Made by a program: the position numbers and the translations under genes. Source: Felis catus (Eukaryota). Taken from it: a DNA stretch of 64,000 nucleotides. A model generated the notes under the pieces. That model made no database searches and had not been told where the DNA came from. It saw only the letters and a program-made list of their open reading frames with translations. Below, piece after piece: positions 24,701 through 35,900 of this stretch. Each line of letters opens with the position of its first letter. Position 1 is the stretch's first letter. The DNA is taken from positions 186,001-250,000 of the forward strand of contig NC_058383.1 in assembly GCF_018350175.1 (NCBI RefSeq). The letters run 5' to 3'.

Positions 24701-25768
24701 TGCCCATGCGAAGGTGCGGGTCAAGTGTAGTGTTCGGATTAGAGATAGGGTTAGGTGTAGGTTGAGGTTTACGGTTGGGTTACAGTTTGGGTTAGTGTCA
24801 GGTCCCAGGAGGCTCCAGGCACTGAACCCACAGTAGAGATATTGTCTCCCCGAAGGGCTGAGTGGAGGACACAAAGGAGGGTGCTGGTCAGGATTAGTCT
24901 TTGGGTTCCAAGGCCAGACAAATGTATAGGTTACTCTTCTGGTAGGCCTCAGGAATTCTCTCGTGCAGCTGCAGTCGCACTTTGGAAATGACATGGTGAT
25001 GTTCCACATTCCATGCTGAGTATTGTTGCACCGACTTTCAAACCCATGTAGGTGCTGTTGTTAGATTTTGGAATTGGTCCACATGGGGAGAGAGCTTTAG
25101 CCAAGCTTAGGGTTCAGTCAAGCGACACCGACAGGGCCGAAGCAACTTCAGTCTCGTGATCTCCCTCGAGGGCTGAGTGAGGGCCCTTGCAAGGGTGGGG
25201 TTCAAGTATAGGGTTCAGTTAGAAATAGGGTTAGGTGTAGTTGACGGTTATGGTTAGGGTTAAGGTTAGTGTTAGGTCCCAGGAGGTTCCAGGCACTGAA
25301 CCCACAATAGTACAGTTGCCTCCCTGAAGGGCTGAGTGGAGTACATAGGGAGGGTGCCGGTCAGTATCAGTTCTTAGGATCCAAGGCCAGAGAGATACAT
25401 GGGCCACCCTTGGACTAGGCCTCAGGAATCCTGTCATGCAGCTGCAAACGCAGTTTGCAAATGACATGGTGATGTTCCACGTTCCATGCCCAGCATTCAC
25501 CGATTCTTGAACCCGTGTGCATGCTGTTGTCAGACTTTGGAATTGGGTCCCCATGGGGATAGACACTCAGCTAGGGTCAGGGTTCGGTATAAGGAAGTCA
25601 CCAAGGCCAAAGTGACACCAGTGTTGTGAATTCCATGTAGGGCTGAAGTGAGGGCACATGCGGGGCTGTGGATCTGGTTTAGTGTTAGTGTGCTAGATAG
25701 GGTTAGGTGTAGGGTGAGGCTTATGGTTAGGGTTATGGTGACGTTTAGGGTTAGGTCCCAGGAGGCTC
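15770..25768 (+). repeat. FA-SAT-like satellite array, ~21 diverged ~480-bp monomers with TTAGGG-variant tracts (G-rich on +)
   Basis: Motif gtgagggcccatg and variants recur at ~15912, 16382, 16886, 17356, 17836, 18305, 18789, 19259, 19741, 20224, 20699, 21183, 21661, 22150, 22635, 23118, 23638, 24188, 24697, 25177 and 25648 (periods 469-550, mostly 470-490). Period and TAACCC content match the known ~483-bp felid FA-SAT. Confidence 0.92.
24554..24578 (-). pseudogene. RNU6: U6 snRNA 5' fragment (25 nt), tailless retrocopy
   Basis: Reverse complement is GTGCTCGCTTCGGCAGCACATATAC, the exact U6 5' end. Flanked by the direct repeat acagactttggtat (24544-24557 / 24580-24593). Confidence 0.95.
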
Positions 25769-25813
25769 TCCATCCACGTAGTTTCAAAGGACAAATTTTA
25801 TTCTTTTTGATGG

Positions 25814-25814
<1 letters not shown>

Positions 25815-25852
<38 letters not shown>

Positions 25853-25945
25853 TACATATATATATACATATTTATACTATGTATATGTGTATGTATGTAT
25901 ATATGTATGTATGTATATTTGTATATATATGTATCTATGTATACC
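25815..25945. repeat. (TA)n/(CA)n/(TATG)n compound microsatellite
   Basis: Directly visible. Confidence 0.95.
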
Positions 25946-28544
25946 ACATCTATATCCATTCATCCATCGATGGAGATTAGGGCTTTTTCCATACTTTACC
26001 TATTGTTGATAGTACTGCTATAAACTTTGGGGTTCACGTGTCCATTTGAAATAGCATATCTGTATCCCTTGGATAAATACCTAGTAGTGCAACTTCTGGG
26101 TTGTAGGATAGTCCTCTTTTTCATTTTTTGAGGAACCTACATACTGTTTCCCAGAGTGGCTGCACCAGTTTGCATTCCCACCAGCAGTGCAACAGTTCCT
26201 CTTTCTCCATTTCCTTGCCAACATCTGTTGTTGCCTGAGTTGTTAATGTTAGCCATTCTCACAGGGGTGAGGGGGTGTTTCATTGTGGTTTAGTTTGTAT
26301 TTCCCTGATGATGAGTGATGTTGAGCATTTTTTCATGTGTCGGTTGGCCCTCTGGATGCCTTCCTTGGAGGAGTGTTTGCTTATGTCTTTGCCCATTTCT
26401 TCACTGGATAACCTTTTTTGGGGGTGTTGAGTTTGGTATGTTCTTTATAGATTTTGAATACTAATCCTTTATCTGATATGTCGTTTGCAAATATCTTCTC
26501 CCATTCTGTTGGTTGCCTTTTAGTTTTGTTGATGGTTTCCTTCTCTGTGTAGAAGCCTTTTTATTTTGATGAGGTCCTAATCGTTCATTTTTGCTTTTGT
26601 TTCCCTTGCCTCTGGAGACGTGTTGTGTTAAGAAGTTGTGGAAGCCAACATTAAGAGGCTTTGCCTGCTTTCTCCTTGAGGATTTTGATGCCTTCCTATC
26701 TTACATTTAGGTCTTTCATCCGTTTTGAGTGTCTTTTTGTGTGAGAAACTGGTCCAGGCTCATTCTTCTGCATATCACAGTCCAGTTTTCCCAGCACACT
26801 TGCTGAGGAGACTGTCTTTATTCCATTGATATTCTTTCTTTTTGTCAAAGATTAGTTGGCCCTACATCTGTGGGTCCAATTCTGTGTTCCTATTCTGTTC
26901 CACTGATCTGAGTGTCTGTTCTTGTGCCAGTACTGTACTGTCTTGATGATTACAGCTTTGTAATACAGCTTGAAGTCCAGGATTGTGATACCTCCTACTT
27001 TGGTTTTCTTTTTCAAGATTTCTTTGGCTACTGAGGGTCTTCTCTGGTTCCATACAAATTGGAGGATTGTTTGTTGTAGCTCTGTGACGAATGCTGGTGT
27101 TATTTTGAGAGGTATTGCATTGAATATGTAGATTGCTTGGTACTATGGACATTTTAACAGTATTTGTTCTTGCTATCCAGGAGCATGGAATGTTTTTCGT
27201 TTTTGTGTGTTTGTCATCTTCAATTTCTCTCATAATCTTTCTATAGATTTCAGTATAGATTTTTCACCTCTGTGGTTAGATTTATTCCTAGGTGTTTTAT
27301 GGGTTTGGTGCAATTGTCGACGGGATTGATTCTGTGATTTCTCTTTCTGTTGCTTCATTGTGTACAAGAATGCAACTAATTTCTGTGCGTTGATTTTATA
27401 TCCTGCCACTTTGCTGAATTCATGGATCATTTCTAGCAGTTTTTTGGTGGAATCCTTTTATCAAGAAAGGATGCTGTATTTTGTCAAATGCTTTCTCTGC
27501 ATCTACTGAGTGCATCATGTGGTTCTTGTCCCTTCTTTTATTGATGTGATGAATCACATTGATTGTTTTGTTGATATGGATCCAGCCTTGCATTCCAGGC
27601 ATATAAATCCCACTTGGTCGTGGTGAATAAAGTTTAAATGTATTGTTGGATCTGGTTGGCTAATATCTTATGGAAGATTTTTGCGTCCATGTTCATCATG
27701 AAAATTTGTCTGTACTCTCCTTTTTAGTGGGGTCTTTGTCTGGTTTTGGAATCCAGGTAATGCTGATTCATAGGAAGAGTTTGGAAAGTTTTCCTTCCAT
27801 TTCTGTTTTTGGGACAGCTTCAAGAGAATAAGTATTAACTCTTCCTTAAATGTTTGATAGAATTCCCCTGGAGAGACATCTGGCCCTGGGCTCCTGTTTT
27901 TCTGGGAGATTTTTGATTACTAATTCTTTACTGGTTATGGGTCTGTTCAAATTTTTTCTTCCTCTTTCAGTTTTCGTAGTTTATATATTTCTAGGAATTT
28001 GTCCATTTCTTCCACATTGCCCATTTTATTGGTATATAATTGCTGATGATATTCTCATTATTGTTTGTATTTCTGCTGTGTTGGTTGTGATCTCGCCTCT
28101 TTCATTCTTGATTTTATTTGGGTCCTTCCCTTTTTCTTTTGGATCCAACTGGCTGGTGGTTTATCAATTTTATTAATTATTTCAAAGAACCAGCTTCTGG
28201 TTACATTGATCTCTTCTACTGTTTGTGTGTTGGGGGGGGGGGGGTTATTGTTTGTTTTTGTTTTCAGCTTCGATAGCATTGATTTTTGCTGTAATCTTTA
28301 TCATTGCTTGTCTTCTGCTGGATTTGGTTTTTATTTGTTGATCTTTTTTCCATCTCTTTAATGTATAAGGTTAGGTTGTGTATCTGAGACCTTTCTTCCC
28401 TCTTTAGGAAGGCCTGGATTGCTATAAACTTCCTCTTATGACTACATTTGCTGCATCCCAGAGGTTTTGGGCTGTGGTGTTATCAGTTTCACTGGCTTCC
28501 ATGTACTTTTTAATTTTCTCTTTAACTTCTTCTTTCACCCATTA

Positions 28545-29312
28545 ATTTTAATTTTAGTTTTTATTATTTACAATTTACACCCAAATTAGTTACCATATAG
28601 TGCAATAGTTATTTCTTGAGTAGATTCCTTAGTGCCCCTTACCCATTTAGCCCACCCCCCCCACAAACCCTCCAGTAACCCTCTGTTTGTTCTCCATATT
28701 TATGTGTATGCTGTTTTGTACCCCTCCCTGTTTTTATATTATTTTTGTTTCCCTTCCATTATGTTCATCTGTTTTGTCTCTTAAAGTCCTCCTATGAGTG
28801 AAGTCATATGATTTTTGTCTTTCTCTGACTACTAATTTCACTTAGCATAATACCCTCCAGGTCAATCCATGTAGTTGCAAATGGCAAGATTTCATTCTTT
28901 TTGATTGCTGAGTAATACTCCATTATACACACACACACCCCACATCTTCTTTATCCATTCATCCATCAGTGGACATTTGGGCTTCTTCCATATTGAGTTT
29001 TACTGTAATTTGGCTTTGGAGGCTTTTTGTTCATTGGGTGAAGTGAGCACAGCATATTTGCTTGCTCTTTACCAGAGTAGAGAGGGGGCCTCTAGGAGCC
29101 AAACCTCTTTCTGACCAATGAGATTCCAACTGGCTATTGTTGATAGTGATGCTATAATCATGGGGGTGCATGTGTCCCTTCTAAACAGCACACCTGTATC
29201 CCTCGGATAAATACCTAGTACTGCAATTGCTGTGTCATTGGGTAGTTATCTTTTTAGCTTTTTGAGGAGCCTCCATACTGTTTTCCAGAGTGGCTGCACC
29301 AGCTTGCATTCC
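28545..29312 (-). mobile_element. 5'-truncated L1 3' end nested in the older L1
   Basis: T-rich tail at ~28545-28570, followed by 3'UTR and ORF2 end. Degenerate TSD ccatt(a/c)a.ttt at ~28539 and ~29314. Confidence 0.82.
28994..29131 (+). repeat. Local duplicate of 29760-29894 inserted in an L1, with a 9-nt inverted end
   Basis: 28994-29122 matches 29760-29887 (5 substitutions, 1 indel). 29123-29131 attccaact is the reverse complement of 29886-29894 agttggaat. Confidence 0.92.
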
Positions 29313-29464
29313 ACCATTCAATTTTTAGTGGGATGTTCTTTAGTCTACAAGTATTGGTTATCTTTCCCAATTTTTTCTTGTGGTTGATTTTGAGTTTCAT
29401 AGCACTGGGGTCTGAAAATATGCATGGTATGATCTCTATCTTTTTGTACTTGAGTACAAGGAAA

Positions 29465-29657
29465 CATAAAATTATTTATGTTTATTTTAGAGCGTGAGTG
29501 GAGGAGGGGCAGAGAGAGAGGGAGACACAGAATCCGACGCAGGCCTCAGGCTCTGAGCTGTCAGCACAGAGTCTGACACAGGGCTCAAACTCACAAACCA
29601 CGAATTGACCACCTGAGCTGAAGTTGGATGCTCAACTGACCGAGCCCCCAGGCACCC
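29465..29657 (-). mobile_element. CAN-SINE
   Basis: ggagacacagaatccgacgcaggc...gagcccccaggcaccc. Confidence 0.9.
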
Positions 29658-29659
29658 AC

Positions 29660-29744
29660 TTTAATGAAATTTTAAATGATACCCTTCAAAGTGCACTTGC
29701 TACCTTGCAAACTCAGAGAAAGAAATGTGAAGAATCAGGACGTG
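29660..29744 (+). pseudogene. Possible exon remnant (5' part lost) of the coiled-coil gene fragment
   Basis: Open frame ...ILNDTLQSALATLQTQRKKCEESGR ends at a consensus-like donor G|GTAAG (29745) in phase 1, compatible with the exon at 30775. Confidence 0.4.
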
Positions 29745-30067
29745 GTAAGGGTTGGCTGCTGAGTTTTACCGTAATTTGGCTTTGGAGGCTTTTTTTCATT
29801 GGGTGAAGTGAGCACAGCATATTTGCTTGCCCTTTACCACAGTAGAGAGTGGGCCTCTGGGAGCCAAACCTCTTTCTGACCAATGAGTTGGAATTTTACT
29901 GGGACTGCCAAAATGAGTTTTGTTATTTCAGGGACTACGAGTTATCTTTTATTTTCACAACTATGTAATTATCATATCATTCAACTATGCCCTCCAAGAT
30001 ATGTAGAAAATACCCAAATATAGTTGAGAGAGAAAGGGTGATAGCCAAAGTGTATAATCCTTTCCCT

Positions 30068-30285
30068 TTTAAAAAAAATGTTTAAATTATTCTTTATGAT
30101 TGTGTTAATTTTAGTGAGGGTGGCATGCAAGCAGGGGAGAGGGGCAGAGGAAAAGAGAGAGAATCTTAAGCAGGAGTCACACTCAGTGTGGAGCCCAATA
30201 CAGGTCTGGATCACATGATCCTACAATCATGACCTGACCCAAAATAGAGTCTGATGCTCAAATGACTGAGCTACCCAGGTGCTCC
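30068..30285 (-). mobile_element. Older CAN-SINE
   Basis: gagagagaatcttaagcaggag...actgagctacccaggtgctcc. Confidence 0.88.
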
Positions 30286-30774
30286 ATAGTCTCTTTCTCG
30301 CTGAAGGCTGAATAATGAGTTTTCAATGTGAATGGGGGGATAAACAACACACATACATATGTATACCACTAAGAAAGCCATTTATGAGTTGTTAGACATT
30401 TTCCACCATCTTTGTCTTCTAGTTATATTCATGCCTCAAGGTCTTTGTTCATTGCAATGCACGATCTTGCTGTGTGAGGTACAAATTGTTGTGTGATCAG
30501 TTTTCCGTTAAAGTCTTTCCTCATATCTGCCTTAACCACAAGATGCAAATGTTGAATTCGAGGATGTAGAGCTAAGACCCTTGAGGTCCAATAACTGTCA
30601 ACTGGAAGTTATATTTTCTGTTGGGGAGAAATCCCCATATGATGGCAATGACTTTGCATTGGTAAGGGAAAGAATACTTTCATGCCTTCATGGTCTTGCC
30701 CTTTTTCTGTCTCACCAAAATCAAGACTCAGGTCATGTGCACATTTATCAAGAAAACACTTTTTCTTTTTCCAG

Positions 30775-30912
30775 AAAATAAAAAGGCCCTGAAAGACAAG
30801 TGTAATGCATTGAGGTCTGTGAAAGCCACAAAGGAAGCAAAAGTCAAACAGCTGAAGGAGAAAGCACATAACCTGGAAGAATTCTATGAACAAAGAAAAG
30901 TGCCTACTAAAA
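30775..30912 (+). pseudogene. Internal exon encoding a MIA3/TANGO1-cTAGE-like coiled-coil segment
   Basis: Strong acceptor (ttttctttttccag) and donor (A|GTAAG). Encodes (E)NKKALKDKCNALRSVKATKEAKVKQLKEKAHNLEEFYEQRKVPTK, which aligns without gaps to the TANGO1 segment [44 protein letters not shown] (recalled from memory; about one third identical). Confidence 0.6.
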
Positions 30913-30920
30913 GTAAGATG

Positions 30921-31842
30921 GGGGAGAAGCGGCAAGATGGCGGCTTAGGAGGACGCTGGGCTCACCGCGCGTCCTGGTGATCACTTAGATTCCACCTACA
31001 CCTGCCTAAATAACCCAGAAAACCGCCAGAGGATTAGCGGAACGGAGTCGCTGGAGCCAAACGCAGACGAGAGGCCCACGGAAGAGGGTAGGAAGGGCGG
31101 CGAGGCGGTGCGCGCTCCACGGACTGGCGGGAGGGAGCCGGGGCAGAGGGGCGGCTCGCCGGCCAAGCAGAGCCCCCGAGTCTGGCTTGCAAAAGCGGAG
31201 GGGCCTGTGTTCCCACACAAGTGCCACTTAGCGTCTGGGAGGTCATAAGTTAACAGCTCTACTCAGAAAGCGGGAAGGCTGGAGGACAAAGGGAGGGAGA
31301 GCTGCTGAGCCCCCTGACAACAGAGCTCAGTTTGGTGGGGAACAAAGGCGCTCGCCAGCGCCATCTCCCCCACCCATCCCCCAGCCAAAATCCCAAAGAG
31401 AACCAGTTCCTGCCAGGGAACTTGCTCGCTCCGCACAAACACCCAACTCTGTGCTTCTGCGGAGCCAAACCTCCGGCAGCGGATCTGACTCCCTCCCGCT
31501 GCCACAGGGCCCCTCCTGAAGAGGATCACCTAAGGAGAAGCGATCTAAGCCTACCCCTCCTGCCCCTGTGCACCTTGCCTACCCACCCCAGCTAATACGC
31601 CAGATCCCCAGCATCACAAGCCTGGCAGTGTGCAAGTAGCCCAGACGGGCCACACCACCCCACAGTGAATCCCGCCCCTAGGAGAGGGGAAGAGAAGGCA
31701 CACACCAGTCTGACTGTGGCCCCAGCGGTGGGCTGGGGGCAGACATCAGGTCTGACTGCGGCCCCGTCCACCAACTCCAGTTATACACCACAACACAGGG
31801 GAAGTGCCCTGCAGGTCCTCACCACGCCAGGGACTATCCAAA
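30921..31842 (+). promoter_or_regulatory. L1 5'UTR internal Pol II promoter, CpG-rich
   Basis: YY1-type core AAGATGGCG at ~30934-30942 and a high density of undecayed CpG. Confidence 0.75.
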
Positions 31843-32949
31843 ATGACCAAGCGGAAGAATTCCCCTCAGAAGAATCTCCAGGAAATAACAACAGCTAATG
31901 AGCTGATCAAAAAGGATTTAAATAATATAACAGAAAGTGAATTTAGAATGATAGTCATAAAATTAATCGCTGGGCTTGAAAACAGTATACAGGACAGCAG
32001 AGAATCTCTTGCTACAGAGATCAAGGGACTAAGGAACAGTCACGAGGAGCTGAAAAACGCTTTAAACGAAATGCATAACAAAATGGAAACCACCACAGCT
32101 CGGCTTGAAGAAGCAGAGGAGAGAATAGGTGAACTAGAAGATAAAGTTATGGAAAAAGAGGAAGCTGAGAAAAAGAGAGATAAAAAAATCCAGGAGTATG
32201 AGGGGAAAATTAGAGAACTAAGTGATACACTAAAAAGAAATAATATACGCATAATTGGTATCCCAGAAGAGGAAGAGAGAGGGAAAGGTGCTAAGGAGAA
32301 GCGATCTAAGCCTGCCCCTCCTGCCCCTGTGCACCTTGCCTACCCACCCCAGCTAATACGCCAGATCCCCAGCATCACAAGCCTGGCAGTGTGCAAGTAG
32401 CCCAGACGGGCCACACCACCCCACAGTGAATCCCGCCCCTAGGAGAGGGGAAGAGAAGGCACACACCAGTCTGACTGTGGCCCCAGCGGTGGGCTGGGGG
32501 CAGACATCAGGTCTGCTGAAGAAATAATAGCTGAGAACTTCCCTGAACTGGGGAAGGAAAAAGGCATTGAAATCCAAGAGGCACAGAGAACTCCCTTCAG
32601 ACGTAACTTGAATCGATCTTCTGCACGACATATCATAGTGAAACTGGCAAAATACAAGGATAAAGAGAAAATTCTGAAAGCAGCAAGGGGTAAACGTGCC
32701 CTCACATATAAAGGGAGACCTATAAGACTCGTGACTGATCTCTCTTTTGAAACTTGGCAGGCCAGAAAGAATTGGCACGAGATTTTCAGGGTGCTAGACA
32801 GAAAAAATATGCAGCCGAGAATCCTTTATCCAGCAAGTCTGTCATTTAGAATAGAAGGAGAGATAAAGGTCTTCCCAAACAAACAAAAACTGAAGGAATT
32901 TGTCACCACTAAACCAGCCCTACAAGAGATCCTAAGGGGGACCCTGTGA
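31843..32949 (+). pseudogene. L1 ORF1, interrupted by a 225-bp insertion (in-frame TAG at 32398 and 32440)
   Basis: MTKRKNSPQK...coiled coil...RNNIRIIGIPEEEERGKGA, then the insert, then EEIIAENFPEL...ARHIIVKL...LQEILRGTL* in the same frame. Confidence 0.95.
32291..32515 (+). repeat. Copy of this L1's own 5'UTR segment 31530-31754
   Basis: 225 bp, direct orientation, offset 761 bp, one mismatch (A31553 vs G32314). Confidence 0.96.
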
Positions 32950-32999
32950 GACAAAGTCCCAGAGACATCACTACAAGCATAAAACATACAGACATCACA

Positions 33000-35900
33000 A
33001 TGACTCTAAACCCATATCTTTCTATAATAACACTGAATGTAAATGGATTAAATGCGCCAACCAAAAGACATAGGGTATCAGAATGGATAAAAAAACAAGA
33101 CCCATCTATTTGCTGTCTACAAGAGACTCATTTTAGACCTGAGGACACCTTTAGATTGAGAGTGAGGGGATGGAGAACTATTTATCATGCGACTGGAAGC
33201 CAAAAGAAAGCTGGAGTAGCCATACTTATATCAGACAAACTAGACTTTAAATTAAAGGCTGTAACAAGAGATGAAGAAGGACATTATATAATAGTTACAG
33301 GGTCTATCCATCAGGAAGAGCTAACAATTATAAATGTCTATGCACCGAATACCGGAGCCCCCAAATATATAAAACAATTACTCATAAACATAAGCAACCT
33401 TATTGATAAGAATGTGGTAATTGCAGGGGACTTTAACACCCCACTTACAGAAATGGACAGATCATCTAGACACACGGTCAATAAAGAAACAAGGGCCCTG
33501 AAGGAGACATTGGATCAGATGGACTTGACAGATATATTTAGAACTCTGCATCCCAAAGCAACAGAATATACTTTCTTCTCGAGTGCACATGGAACATTCT
33601 CCAAGATAGATCATATACTGGGTCACAAAACAGCCCTTCATAAGTTTACAAGAATTGAAATTATACCATGCATACTTTCAGACCACAATGCTATGAAGCT
33701 TGAAATCAACCACAGAAAAAAGTCTGGAAAACCTCCAAAGGCATGGAGGTTAAAGAACACCCTACTAACGAATGAGTGGGTCAACCAGGCAATTAGAGAA
33801 GAAATTAAAAAATATATGGAAACAAACGAAAATGAAAATACAACAATCCAAATGCTTTGGGACGCAGCGAAGGCAGTCCTGAGAGGAAAATACATTGCAA
33901 TCCAGGCCTATCTCAAGAAACAAGAAAAATCCCAAATACAAAATCTAACAGCACACCTAAAGGAACTAGAAGCAGAACAGCAAAGGCAGCCTAAACCCAG
34001 CAGAAGAAGAGAAATAATAAAGATCAGAGCAGAAATAAACAATATAGAATCTAAAAAAACTGTAGAGCAGATCAACGAAACCAAGAGTTGGTTTTTTGAA
34101 AAAATAAACAAAATTGACAAACCTCTAGCCAGGCTTCTCAAAAAGAAAAGGGAAATGACCCAAATAGATAAAATCATGAATGAAAATGGAATTATTACAA
34201 CCAATCCCTCAGAGATACAAACAATTATCAAGGAATACTATGAAAAATTATATGCCAACAAATTGGACAACCTGCAAGAAATGGACAAATTCCTGAACAC
34301 CCACACTCTTCCAAAACTCAACCAGGAGGAAATAGAAAGCTTGAACAGACCCATAACCAGCGAAGAAATTGAATCGGTGATCAAAAATCTCCCAACAAAT
34401 AAGAGTCCAGGACCAGATGGCTTCCCAGGGGAGTTCTACCAGACGTTTAAAGCAGAGATAATACCTATCCTTCTCAAGCTATTCCAAGAAATAGAAAGGG
34501 AAGGAAAACTTCCAGACTCATTCTATGAAGCCAGTATTACTTTGATTCCTAAACCAGACAGAGACCCAGTAAAAAAAGAGAACTACAGGCCAATATCCCT
34601 GATGAATATGGATGCAAAAATTCTCAATAAGATACTAGCAAATCGAATTCAACGGCATATAAAAAGAATTATTCACCATGATCAAGTGGGATTCATTCCT
34701 GGGATGCAGGGCTGGTTCAACATTCGCAAATCAATCAACGTGATACATCACATTAACAAAAAAAAAGAGAAGAACCATATAATCCTGTCAATCGATGCAG
34801 AAAAGGCCTTTGACAAAATCCAGCACCCTTTCTTAATAAAAACCCTTGAGAAAGTCGGGATAGAAGGAACATACTTAAAGATCATAAAAGCCATTTATGA
34901 AAAGCCCACAGCTAACATCATCCTCAACGGGGAAAAACTGAGAGCTTTTTCCCTGAGATCAGGAACACGACAAGGATGCCCACTCTCACCGCTGCTGTTT
35001 AACATAGTGCTGGAAGTTCTAGCATCAGCAATCAGACAACAAAAGGAAATCAAAGGCATCAAAATTGGCAAAGATGAAGTCAAGCTTTCGCTTTTTGCAG
35101 ATGACATGATATTATACATGGAAAATCCGATAGACTCCACCAAAAGTCTGCTAGAACTGATACATGAATTCAGCAAAGTTGCAGGATACAAAATCAATGT
35201 ACAGAAATCAGTTGCATTCTTATACACTAACAATGAAGCAACAGAAAGACAAATAAAGAAACTGATCCCATTCACAATTGCACCAAGAAGCATAAAATAC
35301 CTAGGAATAAATCTAACCAAAGATGTAAAGGATCTGTATGCTGAAAACTATAGAAAGCTTATGAAGGAAATTGAAGAAGATTTAAAGAAATGGAAAGACA
35401 TTCCCTGCTCATGGATTGGAAAAATAAATATTGTCAAAATGTCAATACTACCCAAAGCTATCTACACATTCAATGCAATCCCAATCAAAATTGCACCAGC
35501 ATTCTTCTCGAAACTAGAACAAGCAATCCTAAAATTCATATGGAACCACAAAAGGCCCCGAATAGCCAAAGGAATTTTGAAGAAGCCCAAAGCAGGAGGC
35601 ATCACAATCCCAGACTTTAGCCTCTACTACAAAGCTGTCATCATCAAGACAGCATGGTATTGGCACAAAAACAGACACATAGACCAATGGAATAGAATAG
35701 AAACCCCAGAACTAGACCCACAAACGTATGGCCAACTAATCTTTGACAAAGCAGGAAAGAACATCCAATGGAAAAAAGACAGCCTCTTTAACAAATGGTG
35801 CTGGGAGAACTGGACAGCAACATGCAGAAGGTTGAAACTAGACCACTTTCTCACACCATTCACAAAAATAAACTCAAAATGGATAAAGGACCTAAATGTG

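Larger units (their letters stand above)
25769..29455 (-). mobile_element. Decayed L1 ORF2 with an internal deletion (~27455) and a nested insert
   Basis: ORF pieces [17 protein letters not shown] and [12 protein letters not shown]. The RT core is skipped at gtggaatcc|tttatcaagaaagg. The host resumes at ~29314 after the nested L1. Confidence 0.88.

Noticed and set aside
15770..25768. True telomere or telomere-fusion site, or a CRISPR-like array
   Set aside because: The TTAGGG runs are short, degenerate and embedded at fixed positions in a 480-bp unit. There are no unique spacers, and the context is mammalian.
15831..25853. Many 60-200 aa ORFs with LTLTLT, PNPNPN or VRVRVR runs (also 60250-63951)
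   Set aside because: These are translations of TAACCC/GGGTTA satellite tracts; frames and stops are not conserved between monomers.
32288..32510. Rescue of ORF1 by splicing out the insert (AAG|GT at 32288, CAG| at 32510)
   Set aside because: It removes 223 nt and shifts the frame to an immediate TAA; there is also no polypyrimidine tract.
32946..32999. 18-aa N-terminal extension of ORF2 in the ORF track
   Set aside because: It starts at a GTG overlapping the ORF1 stop; the homologous ORF2 start is the ATG at 33000.
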